Below, piece after piece: positions 23,476-34,100 of a stretch of DNA of 64,000 nt. This stretch comes from Prorocentrum cordatum. Its lineage: Eukaryota. The position numbers were made by a program, and so were the translations under genes. The notes beneath the pieces are model-generated. The model was not told the DNA's origin. It was given only the letters and a program-made list of their open reading frames with translations, and searched no databases. The stretch is taken from positions 558,001-622,000 of the forward strand of contig CAUYUJ010000026.1 in assembly GCA_963575745.1 (NCBI GenBank), read 5' to 3'. The first letter of the stretch is position 1. Every line of letters begins with the position of its first letter.

Positions 23476-26400
23476 TTCAAAGATGGGGCCCTGAGGGATT
23501 GGGGCCCTCAGGGCGAGGGGCCTCAAACGATGTAGGCTCAACTTGGGGTGCTTTCCTATTCTTAGGGCCCCACGGGAAGGCTGCGCCAGCGGCAGCCCAA
23601 CAGCGACGCTCAACGCAGAGGGCACAGACGGCTACCCGTTCGACCATGCGAGTTTTCTCGCCTGCGCCAAGCGCTTTGCGCACGTGATCACATGGATGCA
23701 CATTGCCACGGCCGCATCGGCATGCGCGCTTCAGCAATACCACGGTTGCGCGCACCACTCGAAAGCTCCCCCCCCCCGTGAAGACCCCCCCCCATTGATA
23801 GGGGGCTTGGGGGTGAGAAGCCCGAAGCCCTTCAAAGCTTTGCTGTGGGCGGTCTGGGGCCATCTTTGGGCCGCCGGTCAGCAACCACATCCCCCTGGTG
23901 CAGAGCTGGCCCGACGTGCGCAGCCCGGAGTGCAAGGCCCGCGGGCGGGTCTGTCCTTGCCGAGGGCAGCGGTGGGCGGCGTACTCTGCATGTTCGGGGG
24001 GGCCCCTCCTGTCCTGCAGATGACTGTCTTGTCTCGTACTCCGACTTGGCTTCGACGCGGATTCGACGTAAGCGCGGAGTCGACGTGGATTCGACAACGA
24101 TTCGACACGGATTCGATGCGTTGGACGTGGATTCGAAACGGACGGGACACGGATTGTGGGCGCGATGGGGCAGACGAGGCCCCCCAAAGATGTAACACAA
24201 GGCAGTAGCAACCAGAGATGAGGTTTTGATAACGGTACGTTCCAAGCTTTCCCATATTTTTCTAACATGCCCGAAATTCCCGAACGCCCCGCGCGGGCTT
24301 CAGACACGAGGGCCGCTAGATCATCTGAAGTTCCTGGAACGCTTCTCGATTCCGTCGCATCATGACATCCTCCTCGTCCAGGCGGCGAGCCTGCCCTTCC
24401 GAGGGGATCGGTGAGTAAGGGGGGCCAGGGGTGGACCTAAACGGTGTTTTGAAGATGTCGTGGGCCGTTTTCGTTTCGATTTCGTTTTGCGTGAAAGGCG
24501 GATTGAAGACAAAACGAGGGAAAACGAACATAAGACGAAAACGAAAAACACCGTTTAGGTTCAGCCCTGAGGGGGGCAGCAGCAGCCAGAGCGGCGCCAC
24601 CCCAACAAGCAGCAACAAGCATAACCGCATACTTTCGGACGCCCATGCGGACTTCGTGGATCGGCGCTGGACCCCTCCTCTGCGGCACCGGGAGGCGGCG
24701 CCCGGGCGGGCCCCAGCGCAGATCAGAGAACTCCGCGCGGACGTCTGCAAGTCGATGTTTGTGCATCTTCTCGGTATAGAAATTGAGTTCTGCAGTGTTT
24801 GCAAGATTTCGGGCGACTCGACTGGTCGTTTTGCGATCGAAAAATTGTTTACGGTGAGTATTGGATCATGTTGCGCTCGCTGGTGAAAGTCTCAGGGCTG
24901 TAGCTGCAATATTTTTATGGATTCACTTTCAGAGATCCTCTAGGGTCTGCCCTTCCGAGGGCAGCGGTGGGCGGGACTGGACATGGTAGCGGCCACCAGA
25001 TGGGCCTCACCCAGGCAAGCATGTGCGCGCCTGCCGATTACGGCGGGGTCGGCGTTCGTTCAGGAATGTGCCGGGGAGACTTCAGACCCTGGAGGGTTCC
25101 TCGTTCAATGAAGGCGGCAGTGCTATACATGGCCAGTCCACGATGGGAGCTCCACCAGCTCCGTGATCCCGGATTCCTTCTCCAATGGTTATTTTTCCAA
25201 TGTTCTCACCGCAGCAGCAACAGAGGGGGAGCACCCTGGCAAGCAGGTCAGCGCCTGCCAATGGCGTGTTGCCCATCGGACTGACGTATAGGAGAGCGGG
25301 GCCGATTGCGCAGGCATTTGCGCACAGGCTCTCCGCGCAGCGTCACGCGCGTTCGCCCCTGTTTTTCCGCGGCGGCGTGCCGCGTCAGCGGCCAAGCCAC
25401 CGCGTGAACCATCGCGTGTGCGTCAGAGCCCTGCACGACCCGCCTCCTTTACGTGAATGTGCCCACCGCTGGGACGCCCCGAAAGGCACAAGGACACGAA
25501 CCTGCTCCGGCACAATCCAAAGTGCTTCGCGCCCTGAGGGCGCTCCAGCCGTCCGCGGCCCCACCCCCTTTCTTCTTCCGCCGCTCCTTCACCTCAGTGC
25601 TTAACTCGCTCGACAGCAGCCCTGTTGTGGCTTGTCCGCAGCTGGGACCCAGGGCGCCTCAGACCAACAAGGGCGCCACAGACCCGCCTCTCTTCCCCGC
25701 CAGCTTGGCTTCATCGAGGATGACGGAGCTCCGAACCCTAATAGAACGATGGAGATATGGCCTTTACTGAGGCCCCCGCCTTCGCATGAAGGATAATCGA
25801 TCCGGGCAGTCTGGTGCGTGACACCTGCAGAACAGACCCCCCTCATCCCTAACGTCCCAGGCCCTCCCAACTTGGGTCCCCCCCGAAGCGTTAGGGGTCC
25901 TTCTATGCCTGATCATGGCTCGTTTCGACGACGAGGAAGCAGCACAGACATACACTTCCGGAGGTCCGCGCGGATTTCTCGGGCTGGCACTGGGCACCAC
26001 CCGGGCCGCGCCTCCAGCGCCGCTCCTGGCGCTCTGCTCGCGCCGGGCAGCGGGGGCCACGCGCCGATCCGACCGGCGATGCGTAGGAGTGGCCCCTCGC
26101 CAATGGTGGCCATGGTGGGGACCGCAGCGTTGGCCCCAGCGCTGGCCCGCGCGCTTCTGTTTGGGGCCCTTCGTGCCCTCCTCAAGCCGCTCTTGCCCAG
26201 GGACCCTCTGGCGCGTAGCAGGCCCAAGGGATCCGCGCAGAGTTCCGAAAGTCTGTCTGCGCAGGTGTTTCCGCTTCCGCTGCTCTCCGCCATCCTGTTA
26301 TACTGTAGTGGCCTCCGGCCAGTGCCGCCGATCCGGGGGGCTCGGGATTTGGTAATCTTCGCGGCTCTATAGAGTGGCCTCCTCCCTCCTCGATTATTCT

Positions 26401-27195
26401 GGTCCTCTCTCTTCTCCTCTGGGGGGGTGCCTGGAGCGGTCCCGGGAGGGGTCCGGGGAGGGTTCCGAGGGGAGGTTCCTGGGGGCGGTAGCGGCTAGAT
26501 CTGAGGGCGGTCCCTGGGACCTACCGAAACATCTTGGGGATGCTCAAATCAGTAAGAAAACGCCAGATAAGGGGGACCGCCCCCCCCCCCCTCCCCCTCC
26601 TTCCCTTGGGGGGGCCCGGATGCGCAAAGAAAACGCCAGATGGGGGACGGCCCCCCGCCCTCTCCCCCCTTTCCCCGGCAGAGCCACCCCGGCGACCCCC
26701 CCCAAGCAGAGCTGAAGCTCTTGCTGTAGGCTCAGAACTGAAGATCTTGCTCAGGTCCCTTGTAGTTCATACGCCGGATCAGCGGATTTCCCAGGCCAGG
26801 GTGCTGGCCTCCTCCGTGGTTGCTCCGCGCCCACGAGCTGGGGGCGGTCTAGCCAGGACCCCGGGGCAGACCTAGCCGTGGCGACGAGGTGCCTCCAGGA
26901 GGCCCCGACGAAGCGAGCGCGATGGTCGGCGGCGCGCTCATGAGGGAAGGCAGAGGGGCGTGCCCGCGCAGAAGGCTCGGGAGTCGGCCGGACGTCTGAG
27001 AAGTTGTCCGAGCCCGCTCTGGGGGCCCCAGGGCTCTCTAGACGGCCGCGGGGGTTTCTGGGAAGCCCCGCCGCCTTCTGATGAGGCTTACCCCCTCTCG
27101 CCCCCCGCCCCCTCGGCGCGCCGCCGAGATCGAATTGCCTCCAGCCCCTCCGTGGGCCTCCGGGGCGCCCGCCCGAGCGACCCGCGGACGCCGAG

Positions 27196-27330
27196 GCGCG
27201 CCAGTGGCCCCCAGTGAGCGAGATGCCGAAGGTGTCCGTCGTGATCATTTTCTACAACGAGCCGCTGTCGACCCTACTGCGGAACGTCGTTGGAGTGCTC
27301 AACCGTTCGCCGCCCGAGCTGCTCGGCGAG
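27196..27330 (+). CDS. Exon of polypeptide N-acetylgalactosaminyltransferase-like (GT27/GT2 fold) protein
   Basis: ARQWPPVSEMPKVSVVIIFYNEPLSTLLRNVVGVLNRSPPELLGE matches LPxxSVIIxFxNExxSxLLRTVxSVLxRSPxxLLxE; bounded by AG|G and GAG|GT. Confidence 0.85.
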
Positions 27331-27755
27331 GTCCCCCTCCTCCTCTTCATCCTCCTTGATATCCATCTCATCCCTCCGATTGTCTTCTCTTGCCTCATTC
27401 ATCCTTCCTCCTCCTCCTCCTTTTCCTCCTCCTCCTCCTCCTCCTCCTCTCCCCTCCACCTTTTTTCTCCTCCTACCTCCCACCCACCTCTTCAGCGGAG
27501 GACTCGGGCCGACAACCCGCCGCCTCGCGGCCACGGCCGCCGCCTCGCGGCCACGGCCCCCCTCGGGCGCACAGGGTGCCTTGGTGGGCGACGATGGGGC
27601 GCGCAGGCCTGGTGTTCGATCAGGGGCCCCTTGTTTCACACAGTCCTCCAGGCTTTTGCATTGCGAATGCACGGCATGTGCCGTTTGTTTTTTGTTCGTT
27701 CTCCATCTTGTCCCTCTTCCTCCTCCTGCACCCTCCACCACCTCCTTCTCTTTTT

Positions 27756-27786
<31 letters not shown>

Positions 27787-28424
27787 CTCCTTCTCCTCCT
27801 CATCATGCTCCTCCTCTTCCTCCTCCTCCTCCGCCCATTGCCCTCTTCACTGTTCAGCTTGCGCATCGGCTGTGAACGCTCGAGCCTGGTGACGGCGTAT
27901 GGCTTCGCGCTCGTGCATCCAGCCTTCGTGCGGAAGACCGCCAGAGACCGGCGACAACCATCAAAGACAGCCGATCATATCGCCGCAAAGCCGCCGACTC
28001 ACGCCAAAAAACCGCCGACTGCCGCCGAAGTCGGATGGGCAGCGCTGGGCGCACCGTCGACCGCGCCACGCGCGGCCGGGCCTGTGCCGCCTCGGCCGCC
28101 GCGGCAAGTTTTCACGGCGCGGGCGTTCAGGGCACGACGGCCTCTTGTTGGCTCGGGCCAGCTTCGCGGGCACGACGTTGTCACGCAGGGCACTGTCGAC
28201 CTCGACTAGCCGTGGACCAATATGTCGACGGATGGTTTTTGGTTGTGTTTGGCTTCCCGGGGGCCCCGTAAGGGCCGTCAAGACACGATTCCAGACGACA
28301 GACCGGTCCAAGGGAACGGGTCCAGACCAAAACAAACATGAGAATAATGATTTCGGATATTTGGGATTCTCGCAGCCCAGTGTTTTCCCGGTTCCTCATC
28401 CTCCTCATATTCCTCTCCTTCCGC

Positions 28425-28444
28425 CTCATCATCATCATCATCAT

Positions 28445-28495
<51 letters not shown>

Positions 28496-28539
28496 TATCA
28501 TCATCATCCTCCTCCTCCTCCTCCTCCTCCTCCTCCTCG

Positions 28540-28582
<43 letters not shown>

Positions 28583-28634
28583 TACGTTCATAATCGTCGT
28601 CGTCATCATCGTCATCGTCACCATCATCGTCGTT

Positions 28635-28683
<49 letters not shown>

Positions 28684-28840
28684 GCATCAGCATCAGCATC
28701 AGCATCATCATCAACATCATCATCCGCAGCATTATCATCATCATCATCGTCGTCATCATCATCACCTCCGTCACCATCACCATCAGTATCACCTCCACCA
28801 TCATCATCAGCATCATCATCATGATCATCATCACCATCTC
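28425..28840. repeat. (CAT)n microsatellite
   Basis: Direct; source of the poly-H/I/M/D ORFs. Confidence 0.95.
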
Positions 28841-29199
28841 CCTCTTGTTTCACCCGCCACTCCCTCTCCCTCTTATCTTGCCCTCCTTCCTGGTTCCCCC
28901 CCGTCTCCTCTGTCCTCCCCTCGTCGTCCTCCTTCCCGTTGTCCTCCGCTTCCGCCCATCCTCCCCAGTCCCCCTCCTCCTGCTCATACCTTACAAGAAA
29001 GGTAGAAGGAGGAGAGAGACCTACGTTTCTACGTTTCTCGCTATGCAGCGTCTTGTCGTGCGCCCCGCGGGCGCGGAGCGCTCTGCAGCGGCCCTCTAGG
29101 GCCGTGCGGGCACTCAAACAGCGGCCCCGGGAACCCGACCCCGAGGAAAGTAGGGAGCCAGGGACCAATAAAACAGAGAGGAGGGAGAAAGGGGGCCGG

Positions 29200-31110
29200 G
29201 TTTCAGCAAAAATAAAAAGATGAGGGCCCGTCTGGGCCCTCAGCGGGCGCCGCGCTCGCCCGTGCCAGCTCAGGCAGCACGGCGCGCAGCCAGGCCTTCG
29301 GCCTCTTTGTGGGCGGTCGGCCTCTTGTGTGGCGGCTGGGCTCCCTTCGGCGCCTCGCGCTGAGCCCAGCCGCCGTGTCATCGGATGGATGGCCGCCTTC
29401 TCTGCGGCGGCCTCCACCCTTCGGCGCATGGCGCTGTGGAGGCCCGCCAAGCCTCTCTTGGACTTCGGCGGCCCTGCAGCAATCTCCTCGCCTGTCACGC
29501 GAGGCTGGGGCAGGCCTCGCCGTGGCGCACGATGCGCCGCCTCCTTCACTTTGCTTGGGCTCCTCTGAGATGTCGTACGTGCTGAGCACCGCTTCAGATG
29601 TGGCAGGCTCATCACGCCACGCTGCTGAGGACCCTGCTCCTGTCCTCCTTTCAGCGGGCTGGGCTAGTCAAGGTGGTGGTTGCTGTTGGTGGGGTGGAGG
29701 TTCTGGGGTTGATGTCTTCGTGGTGCCTCGCAGCTGAGGGCCCTGCTCCTGTCCTCCTTTCTGCGGGCATGCCATCTGGAGATTGGTTCTGAGGACCCTA
29801 CTCCTGTCCTCCTTTTCAGTGTCTCCATGGCGTGCTGATCGAGCCTGGCTGTTGAGGACCCTGCTCCTGTCCTCCTTTCAGCAGGCACTGTCATGGTTGA
29901 GCCGTGCCGCACTGCTGAGGACCCTGCTCCTGTCCTCCTTTCAGTGGGCTGGTGGAATCGAGGTGGTGGTGGTTGGATGGGTGGTGGTTGCGGGCTGGGT
30001 GATCAGTCGGTGGCGAGTCCCATAGGCTGTAGATGGTCGTATTGAGTGTCTATGGTCAGGTCGTGGGGATAGCGTAATGTTGCTGGGGTTGTGTTGTGGG
30101 TTATGGGCGCACCTGAGAGGCCTCCATGCACCGACTTCAAGTGGGGTTCGTGGCGGCCCCACCTCGTCCCGCTATGGCTAGGGGTCACGGTGCCCTCGGT
30201 GGGGGCGAACCCCAGGCCTGGTGCTTGCTGTTGTCGTCGGTGGGGAATGTCTCTGCTGCCTTCAGCTTCGCCTCGTCGGCGATCGGGTAAGCTCCTCCTT
30301 CGCCATGGGAATGGTGGGGGTGGCGAGCTAGGGCGGACCGCGGGGGCGCGGGTAGTGGCCGTCCTACCCCCCCCCTGCCCCTCACCATCCCCGCTGGCGG
30401 GCGCGGGAAGTACTCGTCCTTCCCCCCCAGCCCTTCGAGCCCGTCTCGAAGTTTGATCCTCACCAAGACAGCGTTGACTTGGCAGGAGTTGTAGGGGGTC
30501 GTGCTGGGTATGATGTCGATGTCGGTCGGTGGTACGCTGACGGCCAATGGGCCGCCCGCTGCCAGCCAGCTGGCGCCATCCATATTGTAGATCTCCAGGA
30601 GCCGCCGCGGTACGCATCAAAACGTGGCGACATGTGCCTGGGGTGTTCCCTCGCATTCGGGGCTTCCCCAGGTCTTGCGTTCTAACAATAGCCAAGATTG
30701 GCGACGCTGCCTGAGGTCTTCCCACGCATTCGGGGCTTCCTCAGGACTTAATAAGCGCACACCGTAATGCCAGTCCAGGGCCAAATAATCATAGTAAACA
30801 ATGCCAATGTTAGGAAAGTCAATAAATCCAGCAGGTGCTCGAGGGGGGGGCACGCTCCGTCGCCATTGAGGGATCGTGCCCACCCGTATGGGCGCTACGG
30901 GTCCCCCCCCCTCGAGATGGCACGCAATCGTTGTCCAGGTCGCATCCGTACCAGTAACCCGTTGGCAACAGGGTATTGGGCCATGCCGTAGGTGCGCTGA
31001 TGCTGACACTTCTGCTGCCAATCTGAAATACTCTGTATACAATATTGTAATGCCAGCTGCCATCAAATCTGTAGCAAGCCGGTGGTCTGCGCCAAATTGC
31101 AGACCAGTGT
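29200..31110 (-). ncRNA. Putative structured RNA region (LINE 3' UTR)
   Basis: Three duplicated stem-loop motif classes with covarying stems, plus other hairpins at 29221-29242, 30838-30916 and ~31083-31106. Strand assumed from the element. Confidence 0.5.
29626..29944. repeat. Repeat-spacer array: five 29-30 bp hairpin repeats (TGAGGACCCTGCTCCTGTCCTCCTTTCAG) with 80/26/33/34-bp variable spacers, in the LINE 3' region
   Basis: Repeats at 29626-29654, 29735-29763, 29790-29819, 29853-29881, 29916-29944; stem GAGGAC/GTCCTC with 9-nt loop. Confidence 0.9.
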
Positions 31111-31190
31111 TCCCTTACGGGGCAAAAGTAGATAATACTGGACGCTTGACTCGACTAGCTGCACCAAATAAGCCGCTGCAGTGCCAATTG

Positions 31191-34100
31191 CTAGCGCCGA
31201 TGGTTGCCCCATGCCCTGTGACAATCATGGCCGATCTGGTCTGTCTCCATGTAGTGATCCAAGGGGGCGTAGAACCTGTGGTAGCAGTCGTCCGTTTCGG
31301 CCCACATTGCCTCTTCGTCAGCAAGCTGCCCCCAGTGGGCTGCGAAGGCGGTAGCCATTGCCTTGCACAGCCTTGATGGATACTCTTTGAGGGGGGCGGT
31401 CCTCCAGCCGCCTTGGCCGTCTCGTCCGTAAGCTCCGGCATGTCCCGCATGTCGGCATAGCTGTCCCCCAGGTACCGCCCTTAGCTCCTGTGCGAGTTCA
31501 CCGAGGTGTGCCGCCATCAGACATGTTGGTTTTCTCGCGTCCTGCCCGAACTGGCACTGGTCTATGTAGTGAAGTTCGACGCCCGTCTGCTCCAGGAGCC
31601 AGAGCGTCTCTGCTCGCTGCCAGCTGCTAGGCGCTTGGGGGCACCATGTGGCTGGGGCGGGATGCTCGAGTACGGCTGAGACGTTGTACTGCAGGCCCGT
31701 GGTGATGAGTAGTAAAGCTGTCCTGTATAGCTCGTTGGCTAGTGCGATCTGTTGATGCTCCGCTTGGCTAGCTGCTTGTATGCCCCAGGGGGCTTCATGT
31801 GTACGTAGTGGTCGAGGTGCCTTCCCCTCGGCAGCATGCCAGCGCGATGAGCACCACGTCTCGCAGGGCGGGCCCGCCACAATACCAAATATTTTGCCCT
31901 GTCGTATCGCTGCGCACCAAAAGTCGACGACGTCTGGCTTCGTCAGGTCTCCTTTGACGGGGTCTATCTGCACGTCGATCGATAGTACTACCAAGTTGCA
32001 TTCCCGAATGTTCATCTCGAAGTGGTACTGGAAATCCTCGATTCGACGTCTGCCCGAGAAAAGGTGCAGCAAGAACATAGCCGTGGTAACCATGGGCCTG
32101 CACGGTGAGAATACGATTGCAGGTGGTGTCGCTGTTTGGACGTCCGCTGCCGCTGGCGGGGCCGGCGAGAGTTGGAGCTGGTGCTGCTCTATGTAGTCGG
32201 CCAGCTTGAGCTGTATGACCTGTTGGGCGGGCACCAGCGCCTTTGTAGCTCCATGCCCCATTGCCTTCCTCGCCGCCACAGCTTCTCGTTCTTCTTCTCG
32301 GCGTTCGGCTGCCTCCTGCAAATCCATTGGGACCTCGATTGCTTGGAGGACCGCCAGGCATTTGGGGCACCTTCTCAGGTGCTTGAGTATGCGGGATCTC
32401 GTTATGAAGTTCTTCCCGCACCCAGGGCAGGTAGTCGAACGGGCAAGCAATTCGGGAAGGTCGTAGCCGATGTGTTCCATGGTGCGATGGCGCTTCCATG
32501 CTCCCCGAGTTTTTAATATCTTGCCACACTCATAGCATATGTAGCCACAGTGCTGTGCGGGCGGCAGCCCCTCGAAGTTGGGCGTGGTCATTCCAAACTC
32601 TTGCGCAAGACGGTGTAGCTGCCTTTGCCAAACTCGATGTCGATATATGTCGTGCTGCCATGCTTTGTACCTGAGCCACGCACGGGTGATCGTGGCTTGT
32701 GCGGCTCGCACGTGCTGTGTGCGTAGCCATCGTAACAATCCCCTGATGTCGCTGCCGATGTCCTCGTCGTCTAGTAGGAAACTTCTTATCCAGTCCAGAT
32801 CTTCGACGATAAGAGCATTCCAGGCCTTCTCATCCTCCCAGAGTTCGTCGATGAGGCGGTGGAGGAAGGGCGTGTCTGCATGCGCCATCCTGGCCAGGTA
32901 CATCAGGCGCCGTCGGCGCAGGTACATGTGGATCGGTACTTCGTCGCACAGCAAGTATATTTCGTCATCCAAGGTATGTGCCTGTCCCGCGCTGTGTCGC
33001 TGTTGTCTTGCGGCGGCCCGCAGACTCGCCATGTGTCTGCTCTGCAGCATCTGCTTCTGCTGTACTGTAAGTGGTCCCCACACTTCGCAGTCGTAGGTCA
33101 GCTTGCTTTGCGCCAGTGCCGTGAGGTACAACAGCTTGGCCTTGAGGTCGATGTGCGGCAGGCGGAAGATGGACTTCTTCAAGGGGCCCTCTGCGGATCT
33201 GTGGTCTATGATGCGTCTCATAAGGTTCGGCCCCTCCCCACCATCACTCGTCACGATATTGCCCAGTGTGAGTCCCTGGGTCGTGACCTCCGCCGTTGAC
33301 ACTTCAGTGCTCGTTGGCGGCTGACCATCCTCGCGCCGCAGCGTGATGGGATTTGTCTTGAAAATCTTCGCCTTGATATGCTGCTTGGCGTGCCCATCGA
33401 TATGCAGCAACGCTTTAGTCTTCTTGGGGTGTAGGTCATGCCCGAAGATCTTGAGTCTCCTTGCAATGATGGACAATATGTCGAAGATGCTGCTCTCGAT
33501 TTTCGTGTTGTCGTTAAGTACGCACAGGAATGTCGCGTCGTCCATGAAGGATACTTCTGGCAGGGTCCCTTCCAGCCCTTGGAGCTGGCCTGACGTGACA
33601 ATGGCTTGTTCGCCCGCTGGTGGTAGTTGTAGTAGGTACCCTCCTGCATGTAGCTCCTGCTCCAGTGGGCCCAGAGCGTGCGCGAAGCTGATGTTGAAGA
33701 TGAGGTCGGCCAGGCCGTTGCCTGGGCGTGTGCCCTTGCGGCTCTCCGCGCAAAGCTCTTCTCCCCGCACTTGGAAGAATGTCGTGTCGTGTGCTTCCTC
33801 TAGCTGGAATCGCAGGTTCTCGTCTACATCGTTGAGTGCTAAGTAGCCTGGAGACGCTATCAGCTGCTGGATGGCCGGCATGAGCCATTCAGGTGGAGCG
33901 CCTCCTGCCATCACCTTTAGGAGCCAAGGCTTCTCCCCTTCCCGTCCCAGCACAAATTCTCGAATAACTGAATAAAAGGCCTGTCGTAGATCCAGCAGGA
34001 TGCCGACTGCGCTGAGACGTCTCCGCCTGCAGATCCTGAAGAACGCTTTGATAGTATGGGTGGAGTACGCGCCTGACTTCTTCGGGATTCCGCCATGCTG

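Noticed and set aside
29625..29654. Hammerhead ribozyme (CTGAGGA resembles CUGANGA)
   Set aside because: No downstream GAAA core or three-way junction in any repeat.
29894..29906. Spacer 4 matches ORF1 at 41303-41315 (tggttgagccgtg) as possible self-targeting
   Set aside because: Only 13 nt and not extendable; plausible by chance in GC-rich sequence.
29626..29944. Calling the array a true CRISPR locus
   Set aside because: No cas genes, eukaryotic retrotransposon context, irregular spacer lengths (26-80 bp) and partial similarity between spacers. Reported as CRISPR-like only.
30614..30619. Selenocysteine (TGA-TGC) in the putative ORF3
   Set aside because: No selenoprotein motif or recognisable SECIS; a point mutation or non-coding sequence is simpler.
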